From Halarcobacter sp. (lineage in GTDB: Bacteria > Campylobacterota > Campylobacteria > Campylobacterales > Arcobacteraceae), in contig CP182352.1 of NCBI GenBank assembly GCA_048571215.1, positions 96,001 to 160,000 of the forward strand: a stretch of 64,000 nt of DNA, read 5' to 3'. Within the stretch, counting starts at the first letter, position 1. Each line of letters begins with the position of its first letter. Made by a program: the position numbers and the translations under genes. Below are positions 9,374 through 18,665 of the stretch, piece after piece. The notes under the pieces were generated by a model. That model saw nothing but the letters and a program-made list of their open reading frames with translations. It had not been told where the DNA came from and ran no database searches.

Positions 9374-10485
9374 TTTAAATCCTCTAATATTTTGATATTT
9401 AATATAGGCTTTCTTCTAATATAAAATCTTTTTCTTGAATCTGCTCCACCTATTACATTATTTAATTTTACTTTTTTCCAGTTTTCTCTATCTTCTATAA
9501 GATAATTTAAAAATTCTTGCATTTTATTGTAAGAAAATTTTGCTTCTTTTGCAATATCGTATAAATTAATAAATGCATAGTTTTTTCTATCTTGTTGTTT
9601 AACTAGATTCTTATATATTTTATTTATAATTTGTAAATTTTCTTTATATTTCTCTTTTGGCTTAGCGTTTAGTTTTATAAATTGTTTAGCTTGATTTTCT
9701 ATTTGTTCATAATAATTTTTAACTTCTTCTATATTGAATATTTTTAATTTAAAAGAAGGCTTTATATTTCCATTTAGTCCTATACAATCTATATCTACTA
9801 GCCATTGATTTCTAACAACAATATAATTATTCCAGCTAACAGATGTATACACAAATTTTTTATGAGATAAAGCATCTGATATAAATTTTATAGAATCTTC
9901 AAATTTTGCTTTTTCTCCATGACCACTTATGATTTTAGGATGTTTTATTAATATAATATGCCAAAATATCAATGGAAGAATAAATAATATATCTTCTTCA
10001 ATAATTCTATCAAAGAAAAATTGTTTTTGTTTCAAGGTAAGTTTTGTAAAATCATTTTGAGAAGGATATGAAACTAATTTTAATCCCAATTCTGTTAGTT
10101 TATATTCCTTATCTATAAGACCAAATATTTCTGCGAGCCTTATGTAGTATCCTATGGTTTTAAATAAAGAAAAAACTTTTGTTTCTAATGCATTTTTATC
10201 TTTTTTTGCTAAATTAAATTTTTGTAGGTATTGGATTTGTTCTTTATATTTCTTTAGTTTAAAAAAATCATAAAGCTTTTCTATAGATTCATAACTAGTT
10301 ATGCCATATGTATCAGAAGTTAAATTATTTATATAAGAAGTATTCAATTCTTTTAATATATATATAAAAAATTCCTCTCTAACAGTCTTTTTATTAAATT
10401 TTTTATTTTTTATAAATTTACATACATGAACACAAGATTTTAATCTTGTGTTTGCTGGTCTATGAAGACTCTCAATAAAGTTCAT
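9370..10485 (-). CDS. Hypothetical protein, possibly a multi-winged-helix DNA-binding subunit
   Basis: 371-aa ORF heading the operon; YYIRLAEIFGLI...YKLTELG is a wHTH wing-like motif; basic; AAGGG RBS. Confidence 0.55.
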   Translation of the reverse strand: MNFIESLHRPANTRLKSCVHVCKFIKNKKFNKKTVREEFFIYILKELNTSYINNLTSDTYGITSYESIEKLYDFFKLKKYKEQIQYLQKFNLAKKDKNALETKVFSLFKTIGYYIRLAEIFGLIDKEYKLTELGLKLVSYPSQNDFTKLTLKQKQFFFDRIIEEDILFILPLIFWHIILIKHPKIISGHGEKAKFEDSIKFISDALSHKKFVYTSVSWNNYIVVRNQWLVDIDCIGLNGNIKPSFKLKIFNIEEVKNYYEQIENQAKQFIKLNAKPKEKYKENLQIINKIYKNLVKQQDRKNYAFINLYDIAKEAKFSYNKMQEFLNYLIEDRENWKKVKLNNVIGGADSRKRFYIRRKPILNIKILEDLK

Positions 10486-10850
10486 AAGATTTAGTATACC
10501 CTTTTAATTAAATAGTAATAATATAATGGCATAAAATATGTTATAAAATAATAAATATTATAGATTTTACAATTTATTGATCTTTTTATTTTTATCAAAA
10601 TATTTAAAACTACATAGTATTTAATATTAAATAATCTTCATATATAAAGATTACTTTAAAAAATAATATCCTTTTTATATAGTAAATTTATTAAATATGA
10701 TAACAATAACAAAATTAAAACACCCACCACAATCTTTAATACAATTTAAATACTTGTATATATTTTTATAGTATTCGCACTTATACAAAAGACTAGATCA
10801 ATAAAAAGAGCGGTTGATTTTTTTATTCTTGTACCTGTATTTTAGTACTA

Positions 10851-10882
10851 AATACAACTCAATAAAGAGATTGAGTTGTATT
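10851..10882 (-). terminator. Hairpin just downstream of the small ORF (likely terminator)
   Basis: AATACAACTCAAT-AAAGAG-ATTGAGTTGTATT, 13-bp perfect stem; short U tail. Confidence 0.6.
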
Positions 10883-10894
10883 AAATAAATCTAT

Positions 10895-10990
10895 CTAGTT
10901 ATCTTTTACAAAAAAAGTGATAAACCAAGACGCCAAAGTAAAAGCCAATAAACTTCCTACTACGAAAATCATAATTTCTGTCATATACAT
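10895..10990 (-). CDS. Small single-pass membrane peptide (31 aa)
   Basis: MYMTEIMIFVVGSLLAFTLASWFITFFVKDN; AAAGGAAA RBS, one hydrophobic helix, downstream hairpin. Not in the ORF track. Confidence 0.6.
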   Translation of the reverse strand: MYMTEIMIFVVGSLLAFTLASWFITFFVKDN

Positions 10991-11007
10991 ATAGTTTCCT
11001 TTTTTAT

Positions 11008-11027
11008 AAATGAATACTCATTCATTT
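11008..11027. promoter_or_regulatory. Palindromic operator candidate upstream of the small ORF
   Basis: AAATGAAT-ACTC-ATTCATTT inverted repeat. Confidence 0.5.
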
Positions 11028-11076
11028 TATTGTTGGAATTATAAGGAAATTTAGATTATGTAAATCTTAAGTGGCT

Positions 11077-11736
11077 TTAAGTTTTAAATATTTTTTTATA
11101 TTGTTCTATTCTAAAATCAAGTGTTGTGTAGTTTGGATTTTGTTTTTTCATTTTTTTATAGTAAGCATTTGCACCTATACTTCTATTTGCTGCATTTGAT
11201 GGTGAACTTAGGCTTATGGTTTTGAAACTTCTATTATCAAACTCAAAGAGGTGTTGTTTTGGTATATTTTCTGAGATTAGTTTCAATCTTATATTTTGTT
11301 CTTTTAAAACTTTTCTAAAAAAATATTCTGGGGAGTTTTTACATAATCCTCCTGTAAAGATTAGGGTATTTATATTTTTGTACTCTTTTAAATATCCTAA
11401 TATATCCCTTAGGATTATCTTACTCATACCTATATCACTTGCATCTACTTTTTCTCTTGAACAAGATTCAACTATATCGCAGATACCTATTTGATTTTTG
11501 ATTAGGAACTCTTTTCGTAAGTTTACTGCTTGCTTACTATTTTCAAAGGGAAGATTCAAATTATAGATTTTATCTAATGCTTTCCAAAGTAGATTGTCTT
11601 TTGAACCATAACAAAAGTCTACATCGTTTGTTTTAAACTCTTTATTACAAAATCTTGGAGGTGGTAAGGTTCCTACTATTATCTTTTTTGTGTCTTTGTT
11701 TAAAAAGGGTTTATATGGATGAAAGTGAAAAAACAA
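11077..11736 (-). CDS. Uracil-DNA glycosylase superfamily protein (MUG/HDG-like)
   Basis: IIVGTLPP, FCYGSKDNLLW and SLSSPSNAAN motifs. Confidence 0.8.
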   Translation of the reverse strand: MFFHFHPYKPFLNKDTKKIIVGTLPPPRFCNKEFKTNDVDFCYGSKDNLLWKALDKIYNLNLPFENSKQAVNLRKEFLIKNQIGICDIVESCSREKVDASDIGMSKIILRDILGYLKEYKNINTLIFTGGLCKNSPEYFFRKVLKEQNIRLKLISENIPKQHLFEFDNRSFKTISLSSPSNAANRSIGANAYYKKMKKQNPNYTTLDFRIEQYKKIFKT

Positions 11737-11869
11737 TTATAAAATCCTTTTTGATTTGATGATAAATAAAATTTGCTTTAAAAATACTTTATATGAGGAT
11801 GCTTTAAACTTTAACATAGTAGTTATAACTTTTTTGATATAATCTCTTCAAATAATAAAAAGGTACTAA

Positions 11870-12670
11870 TTGAAAGTTGGTGTTTTTGATTCTGGACTTG
11901 GCGGATTAACTGTAGTAAAAGCTATCACTCAAACCTTTAAGGGTGCGCAGATTTTCTATATAGCTGATACTCTATTTGCTCCTTATGGGCAAAAGTCAAA
12001 AGAGCAGATTTTAAATCATAGTTTTGATATCGCAAATTATTTAATAAAAAATCATAACATAGATGCCCTAGTGGTTGCTTGCAATACGGCAACTTCTGCT
12101 GCAATAAAAGAGTTAAGAGCCCACTATCCTAAGTTGATAGTTATAGGAACAGAACCTGGAATTAAACCAGCTATTAATATAAGTAAAAATGGCAAGATAG
12201 GTGTTTTGGCAACTCCTGCTACCTTAAAAGGGGAAAAGTATCAACTTTTGGTTGATAAACTTAGCTCTTCAAGTTCAAATATAACCTTGTATGAGAGAGC
12301 TTGTCCAGGTCTTGTGGAACAAATAGAAAAGGGCAAAATAGAAGATGAAAAAACTTTTTCTATGTTAGACTCTTGGCTTAAACCTATGAAAGAGGATGGT
12401 GTAGATACTATAGTTTTAGGTTGTACCCACTATCCTTTAGTACAAAAAGTTATAAAAGATATAATGGGTGAAGAGATAAATTTGATAGAAACAGGTTATG
12501 CCATAGCAAATAGATTATGTGATTTGAGTAAAGATTGTGGACATAACAACAATGGAGATTTATTGGTAAATATTTACTACACTTCAGATATAAATTTAAC
12601 AATGGTAAATCAGATATTAGGTTCATGGAACAATGGCGGAAAAATTAAAGTGAGGAATATAAATGAGTGA
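11870..12670 (+). CDS. murI: Glutamate racemase
   Basis: FDSGLGGLTV, VACNTAT and LGCTHYP motifs. Confidence 0.98.
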   Translation: MKVGVFDSGLGGLTVVKAITQTFKGAQIFYIADTLFAPYGQKSKEQILNHSFDIANYLIKNHNIDALVVACNTATSAAIKELRAHYPKLIVIGTEPGIKPAINISKNGKIGVLATPATLKGEKYQLLVDKLSSSSSNITLYERACPGLVEQIEKGKIEDEKTFSMLDSWLKPMKEDGVDTIVLGCTHYPLVQKVIKDIMGEEINLIETGYAIANRLCDLSKDCGHNNNGDLLVNIYYTSDINLTMVNQILGSWNNGGKIKVRNINE

Positions 12671-14480
12671 GAATCAAAATATACAAAAAAAAGTATTGGC
12701 TTTAAAATATAGACCAAAAAGATTTGAGGATTTAGTTGGACAAAGCACTATTTCCCAAACACTAAGCCTTGCTCTTGATTCAAATAGACTTTCCCACGCT
12801 TATCTTTTTTCAGGTCTAAGGGGAAGTGGTAAAACAAGTACTGCTAGGATTATGGCAAAGGCACTACTATGTTCAGAAGGTCCCACTTCAAAACCTTGTG
12901 AGGTTTGTGAAAACTGTGTTAGTTCAAATACAAATAGACATCTAGATATTATAGAGATGGATGCTGCTTCAAATAGAGGTATTGATGATATCAAAGATTT
13001 AATTGAACACACAAAGTACAAACCAAGCAGTGCAAGATTTAAAGTGTTTATCATCGATGAGGTTCATATGCTTACTCCCCAAGCATTTAATGCCTTACTT
13101 AAAACTCTAGAAGAACCTCCTGGATTTGTAAAATTTATTTTAGCTACAACAGACCCACTTAAATTGCCAGCTACTATTTTAAGTAGAACACAACATTTTA
13201 GATTCAATAAAATAGCACCTGCTGATGTACTACATCATCTTTCACATATTTTAAATGAAGAGAATATTGATTTTGATACTCCAGCATTGGAGATACTAAC
13301 AAGGAGTGGGCAAGGGAGTTTAAGGGATACTTTAACGCTCCTTGACCAAGCAATTATATTTTCAAAAGGGAAGGTTACTCTTCCTGCTGTTGTGGATATG
13401 TTAGGGCTTATTGAACCTGCACTTATGGATAAACTTTTTGATATAGTGCTTAAAAAAGGGGAAATAACAAATATAGTAAAAGAGCTTGAAAACTATGAGA
13501 TTTCACAAGTTTTTGATGAGATGACTATTTATTTAAAACAAAAGATGTTAGATAAAGATACAAAATTTGATTTACTTTTATATGATAGATTTTTTAGAAT
13601 CTTAGGGGATGCAAAACATCTTTTAGCTCTAAACTCTGATAGTGGATTTGTACTTATTTTAACTTTATCAAAGATGATAGAAGCAACAAATCTTAAAACT
13701 ATACAAGAGATTATAAACCAAGTAGAGCAAGTAGAGGTAAAACCTGTAATAAAAGAGGCAATTGTCCCAGAAAAAGTTGTAGAACATGCTAAAAATGATA
13801 TCAATCACGCTTATGATGATGAGGTGGTAAAACTTGATGAACAATACCATGAAAATAAAAAAAATATAGATACAGAACAAATCAATGAGCTTCAAAATAT
13901 TGAAGATAACTCTATAGCTAGTGTAGAGGTAAATGAAGTTGAGAGTTTAGAAAATTTAGATGAAAACTTAGAAATAAAACAACAAATTCCAAGTGATGAT
14001 TTTGCAACTCCCTTTGATGAAACACCTTTTGATGAACCACAACTTGAAACAAAACCTATAAAAGAAGAGATAAAAGTTCAAGAGGTTCAAGTTGAAAATG
14101 TAGCACCTAAAGAGGAAGAGTCAGCACAAGAAGAAAATAAACAAGAAACACCCAAAGAGCAATTTGATGATATAGTTTACGAACCAATTAGCCAAGTAGA
14201 AATTGAAGATAAACCTATGGATAAGAATACTCTTTTATATGAGGAACTAACCGAAAAGGTTTATGAAAGAGATTATGATTTAGGTGAAATGTTTGAAAAA
14301 AACTTTATATATAAAAGTTTTGAAAACAATAAACTACAAATTATTTCTCATGCCCAAGGGGATGAGAGAAAATTTTTATTTAAATACTTTGGTGTTATAA
14401 AAACTTTTATTTATGATACTTTTGGAAATGATATTGAATTAGACTTCCTAAAGGAAGATTCCTCCACAAGAAGAAACTAA
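12663..14480 (+). CDS. dnaX: DNA polymerase III subunit gamma/tau (zero-frame product; the C-terminal tail continues in the +1 frame to 14715)
   Basis: KYRP, GLRGSGKT, Zn-module cysteines, DEVHML and SRT motifs; long acidic linker. Confidence 0.95.
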   Translation: MSENQNIQKKVLALKYRPKRFEDLVGQSTISQTLSLALDSNRLSHAYLFSGLRGSGKTSTARIMAKALLCSEGPTSKPCEVCENCVSSNTNRHLDIIEMDAASNRGIDDIKDLIEHTKYKPSSARFKVFIIDEVHMLTPQAFNALLKTLEEPPGFVKFILATTDPLKLPATILSRTQHFRFNKIAPADVLHHLSHILNEENIDFDTPALEILTRSGQGSLRDTLTLLDQAIIFSKGKVTLPAVVDMLGLIEPALMDKLFDIVLKKGEITNIVKELENYEISQVFDEMTIYLKQKMLDKDTKFDLLLYDRFFRILGDAKHLLALNSDSGFVLILTLSKMIEATNLKTIQEIINQVEQVEVKPVIKEAIVPEKVVEHAKNDINHAYDDEVVKLDEQYHENKKNIDTEQINELQNIEDNSIASVEVNEVESLENLDENLEIKQQIPSDDFATPFDETPFDEPQLETKPIKEEIKVQEVQVENVAPKEEESAQEENKQETPKEQFDDIVYEPISQVEIEDKPMDKNTLLYEELTEKVYERDYDLGEMFEKNFIYKSFENNKLQIISHAQGDERKFLFKYFGVIKTFIYDTFGNDIELDFLKEDSSTRRN

Positions 14481-14715
14481 AGCAGAAATACCAAAACCAA
14501 AAGAGGAAAATCAAGAACAAAATAGTGATGAGGTTGGTTCTATGTTAGAAGATATAGAAGTGGGTTCTGGATGTGTTGCAGATATGCAAAAAACAGAAAA
14601 TCCAACACCATCACAACAAGAGTTACAAATACAAGATATTTTAGACTCACCCATGTTAAACAAAGCAAAAGAGCTGTTTGATGTTAGAAAAATAACAGTC
14701 AGACCAAAGACTTAA
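14452..14715 (+). other. Out-of-frame (+1) continuation encoding a DnaX-like C-terminal tail
   Basis: Open frame RKIPPQEETK...SMLEDIEVGSGCVADM...DILDSPMLNKAKELFDVRKITVRPKT*; internal ATG at 14542 preceded by GAGGT. Confidence 0.75.
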
Positions 14716-14769
14716 TCATATGTTAACTTTTGTTTTATATAATAAATTCAATTTTTAATAAGGATTTCC

Positions 14770-15597
14770 ATGATTAGATTTTTTATACTACTTACAGGTT
14801 TATGTTTTAGTCTGTATGCCTCTACAATTGAAAACAAAATAATCAAATTTGAAAATGATAGATTTTCAAAAAATACAAGAATAGAAGTGCAAACTATCTC
14901 TGTGGTGATGAAAAAAAGTTTACCAGTAAAAGGTTGGTATGGTTTTATAGTTGAGATAGAAGCCTTGATGGCAGGAAAAAATGTAAAAGCAAAAGATATA
15001 GTTTTTAGTGATGGCAAAATAGTATCTTCAGAACTTTTTGATTTAGATACATCAAAATCTTATAAGGATCTAATGAATCCAACACTTAGCTCAAAATATT
15101 ATGATAAGAGTAAGCTTATAGCTGGAACACATAATGCAAAAGATAAAATTGTAGTTTTTTCAGATCCTTTGTGCCCTTTTTGTATAGACTTTTTGCCAGA
15201 TGTTATAAATTATGTAAAGAAACATCCAAAAAAAATAGCTTTATATTATTATAATTTTCCACTAGTAAGACATCATCCAGCAGCCTTACCACTGTCAAAA
15301 CTTAGTATATTGGCAAAAAATAAAGGGATAAAAGATATTGAGCTAAAAGTTTATACCAGAGATTGGGATAAATATTTTACATCAAAAGAGAAAGATGAAG
15401 AAAAAATCATAAAAGCTTTTAATAGTGAGTTTATGACAAACTTTACTAAAAAAGATATAGATAAAAAAAGTATAAATGATGAGATAGTTCATGATATGGA
15501 TATGGGTGAAGATGTTATGGTACAAGGAACGCCAACTGTGTTTATAAATGGCGAAATAGATAAAACAAGAATAAAATATGAGAGTTTAGGAAAATAG
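14770..15597 (+). CDS. Exported thioredoxin-fold disulfide oxidoreductase (DsbA/DsbC-like)
   Basis: Signal peptide, FSDPLCPFC, VQGTPTVFING. Confidence 0.88.
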   Translation: MIRFFILLTGLCFSLYASTIENKIIKFENDRFSKNTRIEVQTISVVMKKSLPVKGWYGFIVEIEALMAGKNVKAKDIVFSDGKIVSSELFDLDTSKSYKDLMNPTLSSKYYDKSKLIAGTHNAKDKIVVFSDPLCPFCIDFLPDVINYVKKHPKKIALYYYNFPLVRHHPAALPLSKLSILAKNKGIKDIELKVYTRDWDKYFTSKEKDEEKIIKAFNSEFMTNFTKKDIDKKSINDEIVHDMDMGEDVMVQGTPTVFINGEIDKTRIKYESLGK

Positions 15598-15600
15598 TAT

Positions 15601-16539
15601 ATGAAAAAATTAATAATAGCAACAAGAAAAAGTAAATTAGCCCTATGGCAAAGTGAATATATAAAAGCGGAACTTTTAAAACATTATCCCCATATGGAAA
15701 TAGAGTTAAAAACATTTTCAACAAAAGCTGATAAGATCTTAGATGTACCTTTAGCAAAAATAGGTGGGAAAGGGCTTTTTACAAAAGAGTTAGAAATAGC
15801 ATTAGAGAATAAAGAAGCTGATATTGCAGTACACTCTTTAAAAGATGTTCCAGTTGAGTTTGAAGAGGGGTTTGTTTTAGCAGCACTTACAAAAAGATTT
15901 GACCCAAGAGATGCTTTTTTGAGTGAAAAATATGCAAGTATAAGTGAACTACCAGATGGTGCAATTGTAGGAACTACAAGTTTAAGAAGAAGAATGGAAC
16001 TAAAACTTTTAAGACCAGATATTGAACTTAAAGATTTAAGAGGAAATATCAATACAAGAATAGCAAAACTTAAAGCTGGGGAATATGATGCAATTATTTT
16101 AGCTGCAACTGGAGTTCAAAAATTGCAAATTGAGGATGAAGTAAAACATTTCTCACCAATCTCAGTAGATAACATGATTCCATCTATGGGACAAGCAACC
16201 TTAGGTATAGAAACTTTAGATAATCCAGAATTAGTTGAGTTGCTATCTGTTTTACACGATAAAGATGCAGAAATTGAATCAACTATAGAAAGAAGTTTTG
16301 TGCACACTTTAGAGGGTGGTTGTCAAGTTCCTATTGGGGTAAAAGCTACAATCTTAGATGAAAACTCAGTGGATGTTAGAGCAATAGTTGGGATGCCAGA
16401 TGGAAGTGAATATATCCAAGAGGATTTAATAGCAGATATTGAAGAGTATAAAACAGTAGGTCAAGTATTAGCACAAACTTTTATAGACCAAGGGGCAAAA
16501 GATTTATTGGCACGTGCAGAAAAGGTAGCATTTCAATAA
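15601..16539 (+). CDS. hemC: Hydroxymethylbilane synthase
   Basis: IATRKSKLALWQ, GKGLFTKELE, AVHSLKDVP, LEGGCQVPIG. Confidence 0.98.
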   Translation: MKKLIIATRKSKLALWQSEYIKAELLKHYPHMEIELKTFSTKADKILDVPLAKIGGKGLFTKELEIALENKEADIAVHSLKDVPVEFEEGFVLAALTKRFDPRDAFLSEKYASISELPDGAIVGTTSLRRRMELKLLRPDIELKDLRGNINTRIAKLKAGEYDAIILAATGVQKLQIEDEVKHFSPISVDNMIPSMGQATLGIETLDNPELVELLSVLHDKDAEIESTIERSFVHTLEGGCQVPIGVKATILDENSVDVRAIVGMPDGSEYIQEDLIADIEEYKTVGQVLAQTFIDQGAKDLLARAEKVAFQ

Positions 16540-16597
16540 AAATGCTAGACTTATGTTACGAAACTTAAGTATTATAAGCAATATTTTTTAAGGAGTA

Positions 16598-17143
16598 ATG
16601 ATGAGAATTAAAGCTGAAGATTGTGTTTTTGTACAAGTTGATGTTCAAGAAAGACTTTTCCCTCATATAGCAGACAATGAAGAGTTAGAAAAAAATTTAA
16701 TTACTTTAATAAGTGGATTAAAACTTCATGAGATACCAATTATTGTAAATGAGCAATATAAAAAAGGTATAGGTGAGACAATAGCTAGTTTAAGAGAGTT
16801 AACTGATGATTATCCTCACTTTGAGAAAACTACTTTTTCTTGTTGTGGAAATCCTGATGGCTTAAGTGCTATAAAAGCAAGTGGTAAAAAGTTTGTAATC
16901 TTAGCAGGTATTGAGACACATGTTTGTGTGTTACAAACGGCACTTGATTTATTAGAAGAGGGTTTACAACCTGTACTTGTTACTGATTGTGTAAACTCTA
17001 GAAAAGCAAAAGATAAGGATATGGCTATCCAAAGACTTATCCAAGCAGGAGTTATACCAACTACCTACGAATCACTTCTTTTTGAACTAACTGTTAATGC
17101 AAAAAATCCAGTATTTAAAGAGATATCAAAATTAGTAAAATAG
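16598..17143 (+). CDS. Isochorismatase-family hydrolase
   Basis: VDVQERL, EKTTFSCC, GIETHVCVLQT. Confidence 0.9.
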   Translation: MMRIKAEDCVFVQVDVQERLFPHIADNEELEKNLITLISGLKLHEIPIIVNEQYKKGIGETIASLRELTDDYPHFEKTTFSCCGNPDGLSAIKASGKKFVILAGIETHVCVLQTALDLLEEGLQPVLVTDCVNSRKAKDKDMAIQRLIQAGVIPTTYESLLFELTVNAKNPVFKEISKLVK

Positions 17144-17161
17144 ATTTTCTATTTTACTAAT
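17131..17161 (+). terminator. Hairpin overlapping the stop of the isochorismatase gene
   Basis: ATTAGTAAAATAGA-TTT-TCTATTTTACTAAT inverted repeat. Confidence 0.5.
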
Positions 17162-17206
17162 AAAGTGTTTTTATTTAAATTTTTATTTTTCATAGTATAA
17201 TATTTT

Positions 17207-18619
17207 ATGAAAAAATTAATATATATAATAATACTTTTAATCTTACCAATTTATTTATCTGCAATAGAAGATAAAGTTTACAAAGTAGCTATAACAAAGG
17301 ATTGGAAACCTTATTATTTTATAAATGATAAAGGTAAACCTGATGGTTATGGTGTAGAACTTTTTGAAAATATTGCAAAAAATCTTAATATCAAATATAA
17401 ATATATAGTAGTTGACAATTTCAAAGATTTGATTGATCTTTTTAAAAACAATGAGGCTGATATTATTCCAAATATAGGGATAAGTCAAAAAAGAGAAAAC
17501 ATATTTTTATTTAGTCAGCCAACAGATACCTTTCTTATAAAAATCTATAAAAGAAAAGAGACTAAAAATATAAACACAAAATATGATTTAATAAATAAAA
17601 AAGTTGGTGTTGGAAAAGAGAATATCTGTAATAAAATTATTGATAAAAGTATTACAAAAAAGAAAGTAGTTTATGAAAACTATAAAAATTTAATTAAAGC
17701 ATTAAATGACAAAAAGATAGATGCCTTTTGTTATCCAGAAACTTTGATTCAAAAAGCTAATTATAAAAATATTATACCTTTAGATAGTGCATTAAAAGAG
17801 ATAAAAAGAGGCTTTGGTATTGTAAAACATGAATTTGATTTACTCCCACGTATAAATGATGAGATTACAAATATAAAACTAAATGGAAAGTTTGAAAAAA
17901 TACATAGCAAATGGTTTAAAAATAAGAAATATATAGAGTTAACAAAAAATGAAACAATATTTTTAGTTGTAAGTTTTTTTGGTGTAATTTTTACCTCTTT
18001 TGTACTAATGTTATATTTTATAAATAAGAAAAAATGGTTAATTACAAAAGATATGTTAATAGATGAAGTAAATAAAAGAACTAGAGCTTTACAGATTCAA
18101 AATCAGAGATTAAAAAAAATACATAGAAAACTAAAAGAGCAAACAAATAAAGATGCCCTTACAAAAATATATAATAGAAAATTTTATAATCAAAAGATAA
18201 AAGAGATGATATCTTTATATAAAAGGTATAACCAAACTTTTTCTTTTTTGATATTTGATATTGATAATTTTAAAAAAGTAAATGATACCTATGGTCATGA
18301 TAAAGGTGATTTAGTTTTAAAAGAGGCAACTAAAACTGTAAATGAAGCTATTAGAACCAATGATTATTTTTTTAGGATAGGTGGAGAAGAGTTTGTTGTT
18401 TTACTTTCAGAAACTAATTTAAGTGATTCTAAAGAAGCAGCAGAAAAGATTAGAGTCCTTATCTCTGAAAAAGTTAATTGTATAGAAAATGAGATAATAA
18501 CTATTAGTATTGGATTAACAGAAATCAATAAAGATGATGATTGTTTATCTATTTTCAAAAGAGCAGATAGACTACTTTATGAAGCAAAAAGGGATGGGAA
18601 AAATCAAGTTAAATCTTGA
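17207..18619 (+). CDS. Diguanylate cyclase with a periplasmic solute-binding (SBP_bac_3) sensor
   Basis: Signal peptide, family-3 SBP domain, TM helix, DIDNFKKVNDTYGH and RIGGEEF. Confidence 0.9.
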   Translation: MKKLIYIIILLILPIYLSAIEDKVYKVAITKDWKPYYFINDKGKPDGYGVELFENIAKNLNIKYKYIVVDNFKDLIDLFKNNEADIIPNIGISQKRENIFLFSQPTDTFLIKIYKRKETKNINTKYDLINKKVGVGKENICNKIIDKSITKKKVVYENYKNLIKALNDKKIDAFCYPETLIQKANYKNIIPLDSALKEIKRGFGIVKHEFDLLPRINDEITNIKLNGKFEKIHSKWFKNKKYIELTKNETIFLVVSFFGVIFTSFVLMLYFINKKKWLITKDMLIDEVNKRTRALQIQNQRLKKIHRKLKEQTNKDALTKIYNRKFYNQKIKEMISLYKRYNQTFSFLIFDIDNFKKVNDTYGHDKGDLVLKEATKTVNEAIRTNDYFFRIGGEEFVVLLSETNLSDSKEAAEKIRVLISEKVNCIENEIITISIGLTEINKDDDCLSIFKRADRLLYEAKRDGKNQVKS

Positions 18620-18625
18620 TAGAAG

Positions 18626-18652
18626 AAGGTCAAAATATTAAATCTTGACCTT
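18626..18652. terminator. Hairpin between the convergent DGC and prpF genes
   Basis: AAGGTCAA...TTGACCTT inverted repeat. Confidence 0.5.
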
Positions 18653-18665
18653 GTTTTAATTGTGA

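Noticed and set aside
5033..10485. Calling the operon a canonical BREX or Type I/III R-M system
   Set aside because: No PglZ, PglX, BrxL, HsdS or SF2 helicase motifs were recognised in any of the four proteins.
10486..10850. Long AT-rich intergenic stretch examined for an ncRNA or attachment site
   Set aside because: No convincing ORF, tRNA fragment, repeat matching the left island border or stable structure was visible by eye.
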